A DNA stretch of 64,000 nt from Lingula anatina (Eukaryota > Animalia > Brachiopoda), in the NCBI GenBank assembly GCA_051362555.1, contig CM120645.1, positions 17,360,001 to 17,424,000 on the forward strand. The letters are read 5' to 3'. Every line of letters starts with the position of its first letter. Within the stretch, counting starts at the first letter, position 1. Below the pieces are notes generated by a model. That model ran no database searches and was not told where the DNA came from. It was given only the letters and a program-made list of their open reading frames with translations. Below are positions 1-14,212 of the stretch, in pieces. Both the position numbers and the translations under genes were made by a program.

Positions 1-356
1 AATTTTTTCCTTTTAACTAGCTGGAGAGGACTGTCTACAAAATTCCATCTAGATAATTGAGAACAACCATTACACTTTTTGACACTTTGATGAGAATTTT
101 TCGCAATTTCAGAAAGTAAAAAGTAATGGTAAAAGCCAATCATACCTTTCAATTGACAAAAGACGTAATAATAATAATTATACCTTCTGCGATTTTTTTC
201 TTGGTGAAGATGTAAAATTTGGCCTTTGTGATATTGACAAAATGTCGTGAACAATACACAACTGGACTCTACTGAGAAATTATGATAGTCCAATTAGAAA
301 CACTTTTCCTACTGTAATAACAAACGCATATTAACTTTGAAAAATCTCTATCCTGT

Positions 357-529
357 CCAGGCAATTTCAAAAGGGGGGTTCTTTTTCTGAAAAAGTGGAC
401 CTTTGCCCATAAAAACCTAGATCAGATCAAATACCTAGATCAAATTTTACCCAGAGTGGACCTTTTCCCAGCAAAAGGGGCGGTTCTTTATACCCCCCCC
501 CCCCCGAACCCCCCCTGGCTACGGGCCTG
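357..529. mobile_element. 5'-eroded copy of the 58721-58888 MITE
   Basis: Shares the aaaaagtggacc and ctggctacgggcctg blocks. Confidence 0.7.
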
Positions 530-3500
530 CTGCCCTTGATTTGATTTTCGTAAAACAAACATACTGACGCCTTCCCAGTGCTGACACTATGGGACTGTCA
601 CTGATCAGACACACAGTGGCAAAATACCGAGATCCAAAGTTAGTTTATTCTTAGCATTCGTCACGTCGCAAATTCACACTTTTAGAAAGATCATTCCAAT
701 ACATGTGGGCAATTTTGCAATAACGAGTGCAAATTTTGCAGTTTTATAATGCTGTCATTTTTGAAGTAGTATACTTTGACACAGTATTTTCAGTTATTAA
801 ATAGTATATTAATATTTCGTTCTCTTCTTCAAATGTATTTCCAAAGAGTTCCCTGGGTGCAATTTACGAGATGGAGCCGCGACAAAATTTAATTCTCTTT
901 CCAAAAGTTAACTATAGTAAAATTTACATTTTAATAAAGATGAGCAATCAACCATTTTCAACTGCCGTCGTCTTATTGCAGATTTGTCCACACATAATTT
1001 TACAAGCAAACAAAGAACCAGTCGTACAAGCACAGTGCTCTACCTGGACATAAATTAGTGATAATTTTATAACAATCACTTAATCATTTTCGTTTCCATA
1101 CATCACTCAACTAAAGCACCTTTTTCATCGATATCAATTCTGTTTAAAGGGTACTCCAAAAGTGTTGTTTCCAATTCGAGAATTGATGAAACAAAGAAAT
1201 ATAAAACAAATTACAATGAAAAACATAGTGGGTTGATAGAGTTCTTATGCTACAACTCAGAAACACACACATATATATAGTATAAAACCAGCAACATACA
1301 GGGTTGACGCTTGGACTTGGTTCATATTTTCAGATCAAAGATTCTACGAATAAAAGGTTTGTTACGTGGTGTTCTTTAGCCGATTCACGTTTTGATACAA
1401 GATATTTCAATCCAATTCAAATACTACATTTCATAACAAACGTCAACCCTGCAAATTAAGTAGAAGACAAACTTCGACAAGCGAGACAATCTTGACAGGG
1501 GTGCGGGTGCTGGCGCACACAAATCTGATGCCTTTGATGGGCGTTACTTCCAGTTACCGCCTAAGCCGTAGTTACGAGTTACTGAAATTAAACGAAGAAA
1601 TTTACATTAACAGGAAGACGCCTAAGACTTTGGTAAAGTGATATACAAATAACTGTTGTAGAAATCCACTTCAGTTCTTTATACACGACGACATACTAGT
1701 CTTAAGGCAAATTAATTAGACTATTAAAGCGTATCCCTTCGTGAAGAATCTCGTGATGTTTTCAATGTAACCACACATACCATTGTTAAAACAATAAATA
1801 GAAACCGGTCGTACTAAGCAGTGTGCTTTACACTGAAGGAAATTACAAAAATTTACCGGTGCCCAGATTGCGCAAATGTGTTCAGTAAAATTTGACACAT
1901 GGAAACATTAGGGGGCAGTAAAATTTAATAAATAAATGCATTTGGCAAAACAGCTCTAGTTTACATTCATTTTACAGGATCTAGAAAAACAAAATGATAA
2001 TTTTGAACTTTGCAAAAGGCGAGGATAGCAAAAACAAAAATCGCCTCACTTACAAAGAAAATATTCAACAGCAGACGGGGATAATTTAACTGCAAGAATT
2101 TATATGTAGGGCGCAGGAACGGAGAAACTGGTTTTATCTCCTGTTCTTAATACTGCAATTTTGCAGGCGTAAGGGGAGAGGGGGTTCAGCTTCGAATCCA
2201 AGGATGGGGTACTCGTCCGCTGTGCTCCCCGGGACCGAAAATTAATTATGGACACTTTTCTCTAACACAGTAGACATATCTGTGAATATCTAGTAAAAAA
2301 TCAATCTGTGACTCTGGTAGAGGGTACCCCCACCTACCCCCACCCAGTTACTGTACATGAAAAACGCGGATCGTTACCATGAATGTTCTATGATAAAAGT
2401 CGATAATCTTCATATTCTGATAATACATAAACAATTACGTAAACTGGGCGCTGGCAAGTTCAGATCAAATTTATAACCCAAAGTATTCCTACAAATGTTT
2501 TAATACAGATTAGAAGATTATAGGGACGAAATGTACTTGAAAACATACACACTGAAGGACGTATATATCGCGGCTAGTTCTATGTTGTCAGTTTACTGTA
2601 ATAACAGAATATATTTGAAAATTTTAAAACAAATTGCTGTCGTAAAGAATGAAAAGGAATCTATTTAGGAGCTGTGAATGCAGTTACCTGCCCTGTCGTA
2701 TTTCAGACAGATTTACGTGTTCAGACCTTTGAACAGCTGGAACAATCCCCTCCCTTCTTTATTGTCAAGTGTGCTCCCTCTGGAAAAATAACAGAAAATA
2801 ATTTCTTAAAACTTCAAGCTCACTTTGGACTTCGAAGCATTCACGCCATTAAAATGTACCCAATGGCCATAATGCCTGAAGTGGGAAATGCACCATTTTG
2901 GGAAGGCGTCGTCAACACAAAATACGCAAAGTTATCTTATACATCAATACTGTACTTACAACAGACTTCTGCAGCTTTCAGTGAGAAAAAACTTCGTTCT
3001 TCGTGCGGAATTTGTAGCAGTGTGACATAGACGGTTCCCTTTTCTCTGTCTTCTACCGACCTTGGTCCTTTCTAAACACCTGTCACCAAAATGCTCACCT
3101 GGATTACATAATAATGTGCAGTTGACCACCTTCCGTGTAGAAGCCTCGATTTAAGATTTAGCCTTTTGTTATTGATAGGGGTTGTTGGCTGGGTCGCGGA
3201 CGTACGTTTACCTGTGTGAGAGTAGAGCCTAGTTGTGCACCAAAAATCATTTAAAATAGGTCGTTTTTAAGATCCACCCTGTATATACTTGTAGCATTCG
3301 GTGCTAACGCTGTAAGTCTATGCAGTCAGTCTAAACCCAAGTGGGATGTAATTGAATATGATTTGATGTACTTCAATACCTTTTATATAACAACGTCACT
3401 GACGTACATAGGTTTTCTAAAAGATGGAGTCTTAAATTAAAAATTCAAAAAAAAAAAAAAAAAAAAAAAGAACGGTTAGCGAAAAGAAACGAACAAATTA

Positions 3501-5029
3501 GAGGGGATTCATTAACCGTATCTCTTGGGGTAGGGGTATTCTATCGAACTTTTAAAAATTAATTTTATAATGTCTCTAGACCTACATAAATCGATTATCA
3601 TAAGAGGGACCCATGCGAGGACCTGCCAGCCTGGGATTAATAGAATTCTATTCGTTTGAGCAGATGTCGTACATGGGGAAGATGTCGTACATTACGCTTG
3701 TTACTCTATTCGAATGAATTAATATTAATAATAGCAGATCATTCCATTTTTAAAGACTAAAATCATGTAGCCAGGCACAATTTCATTTCATTTTTAGAGC
3801 TATATTAACGTCGAGTTCAATAAGATAATGGTATTAAGCGCGAACCGTTATGATCGTAATGACATTTATCATAATTGCATCTGATCTGAAAAAGTGTATG
3901 AAAATTTTAATTTTAAATTATTCTTCAAACAGCACACGATAGTAAGAATAAATAAACTGTGCCAGGTAAAAGTAAGAGGTAGAAAGGCTGCCAGGTCGGC
4001 AGGTTTCGGCTGTTCGGATGGTCTACCGCTAATTCCAGTCGTCGCTTTCCAAAAACAACTTTAAATATAAAAAAATGGCTGTCACACCTAATAAAATTCA
4101 TGGATTTTGTTACAAATATTAAAAAAAAATAATGCACAACTGTATCATTGCAGATGCAAATTGTTTTCAGTAGCTAAACACGCAAAATAAAGAACAAACA
4201 CTATTATATTCAACACTTCCAGTGGATTTGATGGGTTTTTCAATATGGTGTTGTGAGTGAGCACTTTTGAATTCGGATTTTAATAAAACAAAAACGCTTA
4301 TTATTCTCCACGGAAGGTAACAATCAATTTCAAAATATCGCATACATTTCCTTATCAAGAATTGTATACAGTTACTCATATCAAGGGTGTGTGTGTCCCC
4401 CACGTGCACGATTAAGGGCCATTACGAGACGGGGCATGCTGTTCACGGAGTCTTCACTAGGACGTCTTTGTTGGTCGATTCTGTTCTACCCTAAATCAGC
4501 CAATCACCGACTGTTATAGTTCAGTGAGAGAAAATTAGTGGGGGGTTTTTTCCATTTTTTTCCTGGCATTTCTTGTGTGTTGCTAGAGTTAATTTTGGTG
4601 TCAACAAGCAGACTAGGGTGTAAACTACTGCCAGTTTTTTTTTTTTCAGGACCAGGCACAGGTGTCGTGCAGGCGTGAGACCTGGCGGAGGGAGCTACTG
4701 ACTGAGCGGTGCAATGGTTTGTTTACAAACAGAGTGGCGCACATGTTCAAGTAATGTTGGTCGGAAAGTTTACTTGATGACAGTAGGCCTATATTTTTGT
4801 GCCATAAGGAGTTATGTCAGTGTGTCTGCTGTCCATGGGGATGGGAAATGTTTCACCCATTTATTTGGTTCATGCAGTTTTGCAGGCATTTCTTAGTATG
4901 GCCGTCAATGGGAAATTATTTGGTGGTTTCTATCCTGAATTATACAATGTGCACTTTCCTCCAGCGCTATAATTGCGTCATGAATTAGCCATGGGCACAT
5001 TTGTGAACATGAAGTGAAAATCAATCCGT

Positions 5030-5285
5030 GACCCTGGTAGAGGGTAATATTGTTCCACTCTTGGGTCAAAACTCATCTCCACGGTTGTTTTTGCTGGGCG
5101 TGGGTTTCAGCTCTCTCAAATTCGTCCCAAAGATGCTCAACCGAGTTAATATCAGGGCTTTTGGCGGGTTGGTCCGTGAACAGTGTGGGGTGACATTGTC
5201 ATGCTGCAAGCGAAAGTTGACCTCGAACATTGCACGTGGAAATGGGATCAAATGATTCCGTAGGATATCCTAGCTGTACGCCATT
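5030..5285 (-). mobile_element. Tc1/mariner transposase fragment (degenerate)
   Basis: QHDNVTPH followed, after a frameshift, by PAKSPDINSVEHLWDEF, matching DD34E motifs. Confidence 0.8.
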
Positions 5286-6308
5286 TTCATAAGACTACCA
5301 GTAGAAGGTTCCTCCCTTCTGCAAATACCATCAGTCATTTTTATATCTCCTGTATCCTAATGTCCCTTCCCATCAATCTTTGTTTCATTGTACTTTGTCA
5401 CTTCAAATTCTTTTTCTAAATGATTACAGAAATTCACCTCATTTTTTTCCTTTCAGTTGGCTCCAGTTGACCAACATTATCTTTTCACAGTTAGGCAACC
5501 TTCGGTCGTTTGATTGGCATTGACAAAACAAAACCAAATAAAAAACAACTCATTAGCATTTCTTTAGAGATTGCAATTTACTTGTATATTGTTTGACAAG
5601 GGTCAAGTGGTGATCCATCACCGTTTCAATGATCTTATAATGCAGAAACAAATTTCTGAGATTACAATTATTGCTTGCCTATTACAAAGATAAATACACA
5701 AAACATTGTTCAAAATATTTTCCTCTAGCCCACAGTGGTTTCTGCCAAATCTCATTAATGACTGTCACGATTATTAAGTAAATATTTGAAACCTAAGTCA
5801 ATGCAATAAAGTGACAAGGCAGTGAAGCTGTCAAATGGGCATGTGCATAAATGGCAAAACTGACAGAGGAAGTGACATTATCAAAATATTATCTGAGAAT
5901 AAAAAACAAGCAATTTGAAAGTGATGAAAGTCCACAAAATGTATTTTGTCATTTTTTTGTTTTTATCCGGAATGCTTAACAGTATACATGCAAAAAATTT
6001 TTTTAATATTGTGCTACTATCAAACCCTTTGCAATTCTAAGTCACGCATTCAAAATGAAAATATGTGAAAAATTGACAAAAACCTTTACCTTCAGAAAAA
6101 CATTCCAATCCATCAGGATTTTAAACTGAATCATTCCAGACCTGTATGTTTTTGTAACATTTATGAGGACACTATTCGGTGACGGTGACGCTAGCGGCAA
6201 TGATTGGTTAGTGTCTAGACACATAGTACTTGTGCAGTCAATAAAAGAAAAATTCTTAAAACATTTTAAAATATAGCAGGCAAGTATATTTTCAAATGTA
6301 TACTGGTA

Positions 6309-6314
6309 TTTATT
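6309..6314 (-). terminator. Candidate polyadenylation signal (AATAAA) for IMPDH
   Basis: First AATAAA I noticed on the minus strand downstream of the stop codon, implying a ~1.15-kb 3' UTR. Confidence 0.35.
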
Positions 6315-7458
6315 GGCAAACAATACACTACCTTTGACATACTGACATTGGACAAACAATGTCTAAATTCATGGGGTGCATTTCTTTTTTTTTTAATATA
6401 TCTGTTCTTCATTTTATCAAATATGTACAGCAGAGATACACGTGTGCTGGAAACTGATGCAGACTGCTTTATATCCTTATCATATCTAAATGACTACCTT
6501 GCTGAAATATTGCATCTGCGCTCAATCTAGAAGTTTTGTTTCAGCCAATATACTGGACATTTTCAGCCCATTATTTTTTCTCTATAACAGTACCCAACTT
6601 ACTGAAACTGATTAAAACTGGCAACTGCTGTATATTCTACATTTGCACATGTTAGACATCACTATACAGATGTCAATTTTCAACTAAAAGGATGCTTCAT
6701 TATTAGAAGGTATGTCCTACCTTAGGTCCTAAGACAAAAATAAATGATAAAGCTTTGTGTTCTTACACTGAGATTCTTCACTTGGACATGAAATATTATT
6801 TAGCACTTCTGTGCACCTGATACAATCTTACAAAATAATGAAACTTACAGTTCAGAAAGAATGGGTCATTAAAAACATTAACAAATTACGCTCTGTGCAC
6901 AGAAATAGATTGTATTACATCCATTGATATAACATCCAAACAGCCAAATATGTAACCATGTAAACGTGTGTTATTCTTTTTAAAAAGTGACAAACTATTA
7001 GATTGCAGAATATTAGTGCAAGGCAACATTTCTACGACTTATTATTGAGATTTAGGTTTGTGCACATGCTAGTGTCTGAGTTCGTTACAGTGAGAAACAT
7101 TACACTAGGCAAAAAAAAAAAATAATAATAATGGAAACAATTCACATCACCTGCCCTTATTGGGAAACCTTGATCCTCTAAACCACAGGAAAAACATGTT
7201 TAATTCCCATACCAAATATCTTTGTGTTTGCTATATTTCTATTCATTCCATTTTTTCATTGTTTCAAAGTCCATAAAACACAGGTCACAGGCAATCACTT
7301 CAGTGGTCAATATCATCAATTAATTGCTTGATATATTTGAATCATTTCTCATTCTTAGAAATCCATCTTCTTGTTCACATTCAGGTGTAGCATCATACAT
7401 ATAATTATGCACTGTATATTGTCTATCAAGTTACTTCTGCTTTCATCTTCTTTTAATG

Positions 7459-7480
7459 CTAAAAGAGTCTCTTCTCATAC
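7459..7480 (-). CDS. IMPDH: IMPDH terminal exon (YEKRLF*)
   Basis: ttgcag|G TAT GAG AAG AGA CTC TTT TAG, the canonical IMPDH C-terminus. Confidence 0.95.
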
Positions 7481-10400
7481 CTGCAACAATGCAAACAAAA
7501 ACTCATCAACATTTCTTTAGAAATCTCAATTAACTTGTATATTGTTTGCAGTTCAATCATCTCCACAAATGAAAAATTAATAAATGTCACCAAATGAAAT
7601 TAGGAAAATAGTTATTTGCAATTCAATATTAACCCAGCAAGGTGGCATACATACAGACATTAAACAAAACATTAAAAGTCACAGATAAAATGGTGCATAG
7701 AGTACATGAATGCTTTCATTTTATTTTAAAATTTTTAAGAAATCTTTCAGCAATTTTCACATCTTTGATACAGATAAAGTCATTGCAAGCTATCGTGGCT
7801 ACCTGACAAGACTGAAAAGATAATAATGATACCAGGAATGCCTCAAATAAACTTCCCTATTATAAGAGGTTTTATGCCTTCAAGGTTTGAATATGAAGTA
7901 TCAGAATATTCCAGAATAAGAATATGACTGTGGGGAATTTTCAACTGCATACAGAGTGCCTCTAACAGTGTAACCCAGTGTCTGCATACAATATAACCAA
8001 ATCAAAGTTATCAACTGAACATCACATGAAGCAATCCATAGTGTTTATGGAGATAGATCAAACAGAACTTTGTTAGAGAAGACATTGGATGAGTTTTGTT
8101 CATAATACAAACAATACATCTAACATGCAAAATATAAGAAAATAACTTAAAGAATGTAGTTTGGAATTAAAGAGTGAAAAACTGCAAAACTTAACAAAAC
8201 CTTCTAAAGGTAGGCAGTTATGGGGAAAACAATACATTCTTGCAGAATTGCACTCAATTAACAGCAGTGGACATATTTTGTAGAAACTTCTTAGTCAGCA
8301 ATAGATCATCTTAGAATTCAAACCAATCAGCTAACACTTCTATAAAATAACATAAAATGTAAAGCTGTAAAGTAGAGGCTCACACAATTGAATCTTAATG
8401 CAAAACACTGAGCCTTTTTAAAAATACTGATCATTATTTAGAAATTTAAGCAGCTGTCAAACAAATTTAGCAAGCATACAGACACTTTAAAGAAGTTTCT
8501 TAAGAATCATGACAACAGAAGTTATGAAATATATTCAATATAGCAAATTATACAATGCTCGGTAATTGTTTTGGTACCTAAGAAAATCCCCCTCCAATCC
8601 AGATATAGATGGTGGTGGTTTGCTAAGGTATCATACAGGTATGGTATTTGTTATTTATGGCTTAATTCTTAAAATGTAATGAGGGCTGTGGAACTGGTGT
8701 GATGTCATGACCACCAGGTTAACACCTGTTTCCCTGGGATTCCGTTAAAAAAGGCTTATTTGATTTTACTAATTTCATAAATTTAATTTTATCCCTGTGA
8801 ATAATTTAATTTCCTGTAATAATCCATATTTCATGCTGAATATCAAGATCCTAGAACAATAAGTCTTAAAGATCAAGCAAATTCAAATTTGGGAACAAGT
8901 GACAGAACAAAGGAGTGACCAACAGGGTGTCCTCTCCTACCAGTGACCTTGGGAGATGTAATGCGCCTTACAATCGAAAGTCATATTAGAAAGAAAATTA
9001 CTTCCAATAACAGAAGTTAAACAAAATAAGATTCCACTCCAAAATACTACAGCCACCTGCACAGCTCCATTCACTGGGTTTAAGAAAACCATTAGTTAGA
9101 TTTTATCAGAATTGGATATATTATGATGGAAAAGACAATAAACAACAGGACTGCAATATACAAGAATGGTCAGACAAAGTTCAACAATATTATGCTGACA
9201 TTGTGCATGGCTGTATATAAAAATGGCATTCATCATAATTTTATGCATGTGCAAAATACAAAGATTCTGCATTGGCCACTGTAGTGATATGCATGCTTTG
9301 TGGAAACTTTAAACAAATTTAAGCTTTTGAAAGACCAATCGAACACCCATTCCCTTCTAGTTAACATTCCAAATCGCATGCATACATCATTTTTCAAGGG
9401 TAGGAATATAAAGGAAAAAGTCAATAAAAAAGGAGAGAAAAAAGTCAGCAGTGCAAAGATAGCTACAACCATGAAAGGTGATACATAAAGAATCAAAGCT
9501 GGCTTTGGAAAGCCTTTATAGGTAAATGATACCTAGACAGTTTGTGTATTTTACCACTTCAAAGTAAGAATTTAAGCAACAATCATTTAAAGAAGTTTTA
9601 TCATAATTTTTTACTTACAGAATCGGGCACCCACATCAGTTTTTTAAACCAAAACTGTGTAAAATATCTATTGACATTGCAAATCAGAAAGGTTACTAGG
9701 TAGAAATTAATTAATGGCATTGATGGGAGGATTTCACAGAGCCAAAAGTGATACAAGGCAGAAAAGCTTCCAAACGTACAGATATAAAGCAGAAAATTAA
9801 GAGGACACTGCATCAATTATAGTTTTTGATAATGCTGATCACCATTTTTTATTATGTACTATTGTTTATGTGGACATTCACAGGTCCTTACACCTACTGA
9901 AAAGTCACAAACTTGAAAAATGCCCAAGAGTGAAAAATGAAAAATTCACATTTACACACACACACACTAAAAACACTCCAGGAAGAAAGAGAGTATAGCT
10001 GTTTTTTCAAACTTGACCTGTATTTAAGTGATATGAATAACTACTGTACCAGTAAGTTTGAAGATAGTGTGTGTTATCCATATATTGCGATAAAAGGGAC
10101 AGCAAGTAAGAAGGTTACAATGACAGACGCAGGTGATGGCTATATATACAGACATGCTGAGACTGTACATAAAATGTCAACAACATAAAAGAAACTGTGG
10201 CAAGCATCTTGTAATTTGAACATACCCATGGTATGTAATAATAGTAAAACTGCAAAATATTTGGAAGATCGAATCAAGCTGATGCCTAACAAATAATGAC
10301 AAGCGAACACAGAGACAGTACAGATGTCCTAGGGCTTCAGACCAAAGTGTATGCCCTGTTCACAACACTTCATTAAATGCCTAAATGCAGCTATCATAAC

Positions 10401-13400
10401 TACAGTGTTTGGCTGGACAAAGACATCAAAATAAATTGCAGTTTTCATTTGTGCATTTGAGAGAAACTAATATAGTAACCAATTAAAAATTAAGAATGGT
10501 TATGTATTGGAAAAGTATTTAGATTCAATTCCTTAATGTTACGTGTTAAAACAGACTTCCACTTTAAGGGTCATTCCTTAGGATTTTCCAGCCAAAATTA
10601 ATTTTACTGGGGTAAGGAGCAATTTTCTGCGGCTCACGAATAATTGGTTGACCCGTCCTTACACTTGGGATCAATGTTTTATTCCATATTAATTGAAGAC
10701 TTTAAACGACTAGCTAATTATTATAAACAACATCTGAAGTCATGTGCATTAAGTCATTTTCCCACATAACAAGAAAATGGCAGGTTGATTTGTTATGCAG
10801 CACTGTACTGTAAATACAGCAATGACTTGATCCTTTCAATGACCACAAATTACAGAGTAGCCTGCTTTTTAATTTTTTTTTTTTTTTTTTTTTTTTTGCT
10901 ACCACTCGAGAAGTGCTATAATTTTAGGAAATTATGACTTAAAAAATACAGTATTTGTAAAATCCCCCCCCCCCCCTTGAATGGATTGAGTAATTATTGT
11001 CATAAAGGCAATGCAAGTTAGTAATGGCTACCTGAGGCTGAAAAGATGACACAAGGGCCACACAAACTTTTATTTAAAGGGTTTTATTGTCATTAGAGTC
11101 TGGATTGGGAAACATAAGAAGCTTTACAGGACATACATATGACTGTGGGGGATTTTCAAACATGTGGAGAGAACCTCAAAGTGGCCCTTTATAACTTAAA
11201 AGTTTGATGTAACATCACTTTCTTATCATCACTGGTTCTCATTATCTGTATTGTTCAGTAATGTACTGCCAAAAAGTCAACTTTGCATCTGACTCATTTC
11301 AATATAAATTTTCAAGAAAAAAATCTTCAGATCTTAAATAATACAGAAATGATACTAATGCACAAATTTTAAAAGGGCTATTAAAATTTATTATGAAAGG
11401 CTATTAAAATTTAATATGAAAGGCTATTAAAACGCAATATGAAAGATTATTGAGAATTGCATAAATTATACATCAATTAACATGGATGCCACTTAGTTAG
11501 GAAAATATTTCCTGTCCTTTCACTGACCAAATCCCGTTTTTCACTAAACAATACCACCTTTTTTCTCAGCCTCCCAACTCCCCTACAGCTGTCCAATCCA
11601 CCAATTTTTTTTCACCAAACTAATTTTTTTTATTTACTAGATAACATACATTCAAATATCAAAATTTAACACATTGTCAGATACTTCTGGAAGACTGCCA
11701 TAGTCACTAAAAATATAAAAATCTTCCTAGAAGACTGTTCTTAAATTAAATTATTCCTAACCAAAATGCCAATTTCCCTGACAATTCACTGACCTAAAAA
11801 ATAATTTCTCTGACTTATCAAGTAAGGTGGCAACCGTGAGTTAATTTAGATTTCAAGATGCTTACCCAACATTACAATGAAAAGGTAGGATTAAGAGACA
11901 ACCAACAAACCCAACTAACCCATCATGAGGCAGGGATTGTTCCATCTTGAAGGTATCTTAATATTGGAAGAAGAAAATATGAGGAACTTCAAAAGCAGGC
12001 TTTATCATGATTAATGCACTATTAACAAACCAGATAAATGAACAAGAACAAGAACAAACAACAACAGAAAGTAAAGCATCCTTTGAATTTATAAGATTTA
12101 ATTTAGACTGTAGGAAGCATCAAATTAATTTTGCGATTTCTTCCTTTCTCACAAATGTCAAACTTTTAGTAAACATTTATTTTCAGTTAATTTATTATGC
12201 TACATATTAACAAATAACAAAGTAAAAATAGAGCATGAAAGCAGTGAATAAGCACATGGGGCCTTTTTTTAAACAAAATTTGAACTCTGCAGTGCAAGAA
12301 AACAGAAAAACTGACCAGCATAGCAACCATTCATATAACAGGCAAAATATAGCTCTGGCTAACCAGACACTGCAGACAGGGAGCATTTAGGAACAAAACA
12401 GTGGAATTATAACAAACTGATATAATTCTTTCAAATTTTCAACGACAGGACGATTAATATCAAGTAAAAGGAAAAAAGAGGTGAATACACTCAAAAAATA
12501 AAAAATAAAACAGTTATTATATAACTCAAATGAAATTCAGGCAAAAAAGTCAGCTAAAGCTGATGTGAACAGACAACCAATATCATTTTAAACATGAAGA
12601 CTGTGAAAATAATATAGCATCATAATTATGCACTTAAATCATATGACAACCCTACCCCATATAAATCTAAATGAAATACATAGTAAGACCAAAAGCACTT
12701 GTCTTTCAAAGAGCTTGAGTTGGGGGGGGGGGGGACGGTAGGTCAAGCAAGCTTTTTTATCAAAATTTACCTTTATTTCATGATGAGTCAGCCCAGTAAG
12801 TTGGGTTTTTTTTCTGGATTGAGGATATTATACGTTATATTTGTACATTGGGAGAAGACAAATTTGAATAGCTTAAAAACAAAATGGTTAGATAAAGGTG
12901 ATTTTCAAACTTAATGTGCACTTAATGTATTAAATTATAGTGGTTGAATTTGAAGTTGAAGCATAATATTGTCAACAACTTTTATCACCATAATATGCTG
13001 GAAAAAAGGATAACTCCAGAAAAATGGGCAAAAGAAAACACTAATATTTGATTTCAGCCTGAACTTTAATATGAAATGGTAAGTTTGAGGTTAAAGTCAC
13101 ATGATAGTTTTCCATTCACTGTGTTAACAATGCTTACATAGAAAATAACACAATGTCATGCTGAATTATTTCAATACACTCAGGATAACCTTTTCATACT
13201 GGTCTCATAAAGTTGATATTTAAATTTGGTCTGTGTTTAAATGCTATGAAATGCACTTGTAGGTTTTAGGACAATAATTTACACCGTTTCCATTTATTGT
13301 GTTAAAAAGGAAACATGGGCTGAAAAAAAATTTAAAGGGTAATTTAAGCAAAAATGGTTCAAAAATGGTCCTATTCCAACTTGATCTGTGTTTTAGTGAT

Positions 13401-14050
13401 ACAAATCTCTCCAGTAAATTTGAGGTAAAGTTAAGTGCACAGCAACAACAACAGAGCAAGTGATATGATATTTTAGTACTATGATTCACTCAGGTAGTGT
13501 TTATCCTTTGGTGTTAAGAAGTAAAAAATCCAGTGCACAGCAACAGCAATGACAGACACAGGTGATGGCTATATATATCCAGACACATAGTGTCTGTCCA
13601 TAAAAAAATTCCAAGAAATGATTGGATCATTCCCAGTTACTATGGTGACAAGTAATACACATAGCTCTGGTTTCGGCCCCAGTGAAGTGGACAAACAGCT
13701 AATGGCATTCTGGAAAGACACTTCTTTGTCTGTACAGAAAATCAGAATACAAAGAAAGACTGAAATTTTAAATAAATAAATAAATAAGTAAATAAATAAA
13801 TAAATAATTGGTCTAAGAGGCCAGTGTATATTCAAATAATTTGGACACGGAAACAATGTGAACATGTTAGATTTATGGAAATAACAACTGTTGCTTGTTA
13901 CACAACAAAGCTGTTAGTTCTTCTTATGGTAGTAGAAGTAAAGTAGTAAAAGTAGTAATAGTAGTAATGGTAGTTATGTGGTAGTATTGGTGGTATTGTG
14001 TAACTGGCAACACTGCAAACATATGGGTCAGCACTCCAGCTTTTACTTAC

Positions 14051-14134
14051 GAATACAGCCCGTGTACACCCCCTTCTCTTTGGGAGGCAGGGGTGCGCCT
14101 TTCAAACTTAATTTCACCAGAATACAGCTTTGCT
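14051..14134 (-). CDS. IMPDH: IMPDH exon 14b, duplicated alternative exon ([28 protein letters not shown])
   Basis: 84 nt, phase 2-2, ttcag acceptor and gtaagt donor; 18/28 aa identical to 14a; no stop codons. Confidence 0.88.
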
Positions 14135-14212
14135 CTGAATTGGGATATAAACAGTAAAATGAAAAGAAATGTACAGACACATCAAAGGTTTCTTACACAT
14201 TCTTTTACTTAC

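Noticed and set aside
2674-3030. 118-aa ORF on the plus strand
   Set aside because: GTG start, no motif and no supporting splice structure.
7453-7461. Stop-codon readthrough of IMPDH
   Set aside because: TAG is followed by CAT TAA, so no meaningful extension is possible.
9233-9496. FIFLPL peptide reminiscent of human IMPDH1 exon 13b (YTFLPF)
   Set aside because: No AG acceptor placing it in frame; explained by a pyrimidine-rich tract.
7790-11175. Apparent 9-nt and 6-nt microexons (ttttcag TCTTGTCAG gtagcc at ~7803-7811; ttttcag CCTCAG gtagcc at ~11032-11037) in the last IMPDH intron
   Set aside because: Both lie in homologous ~170-bp segments (about 7790-7960 and 11015-11175), and a diverged inverted copy occurs at ~5305-5500. 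This points to an old dispersed repeat rather than exons, and the donors are weak.
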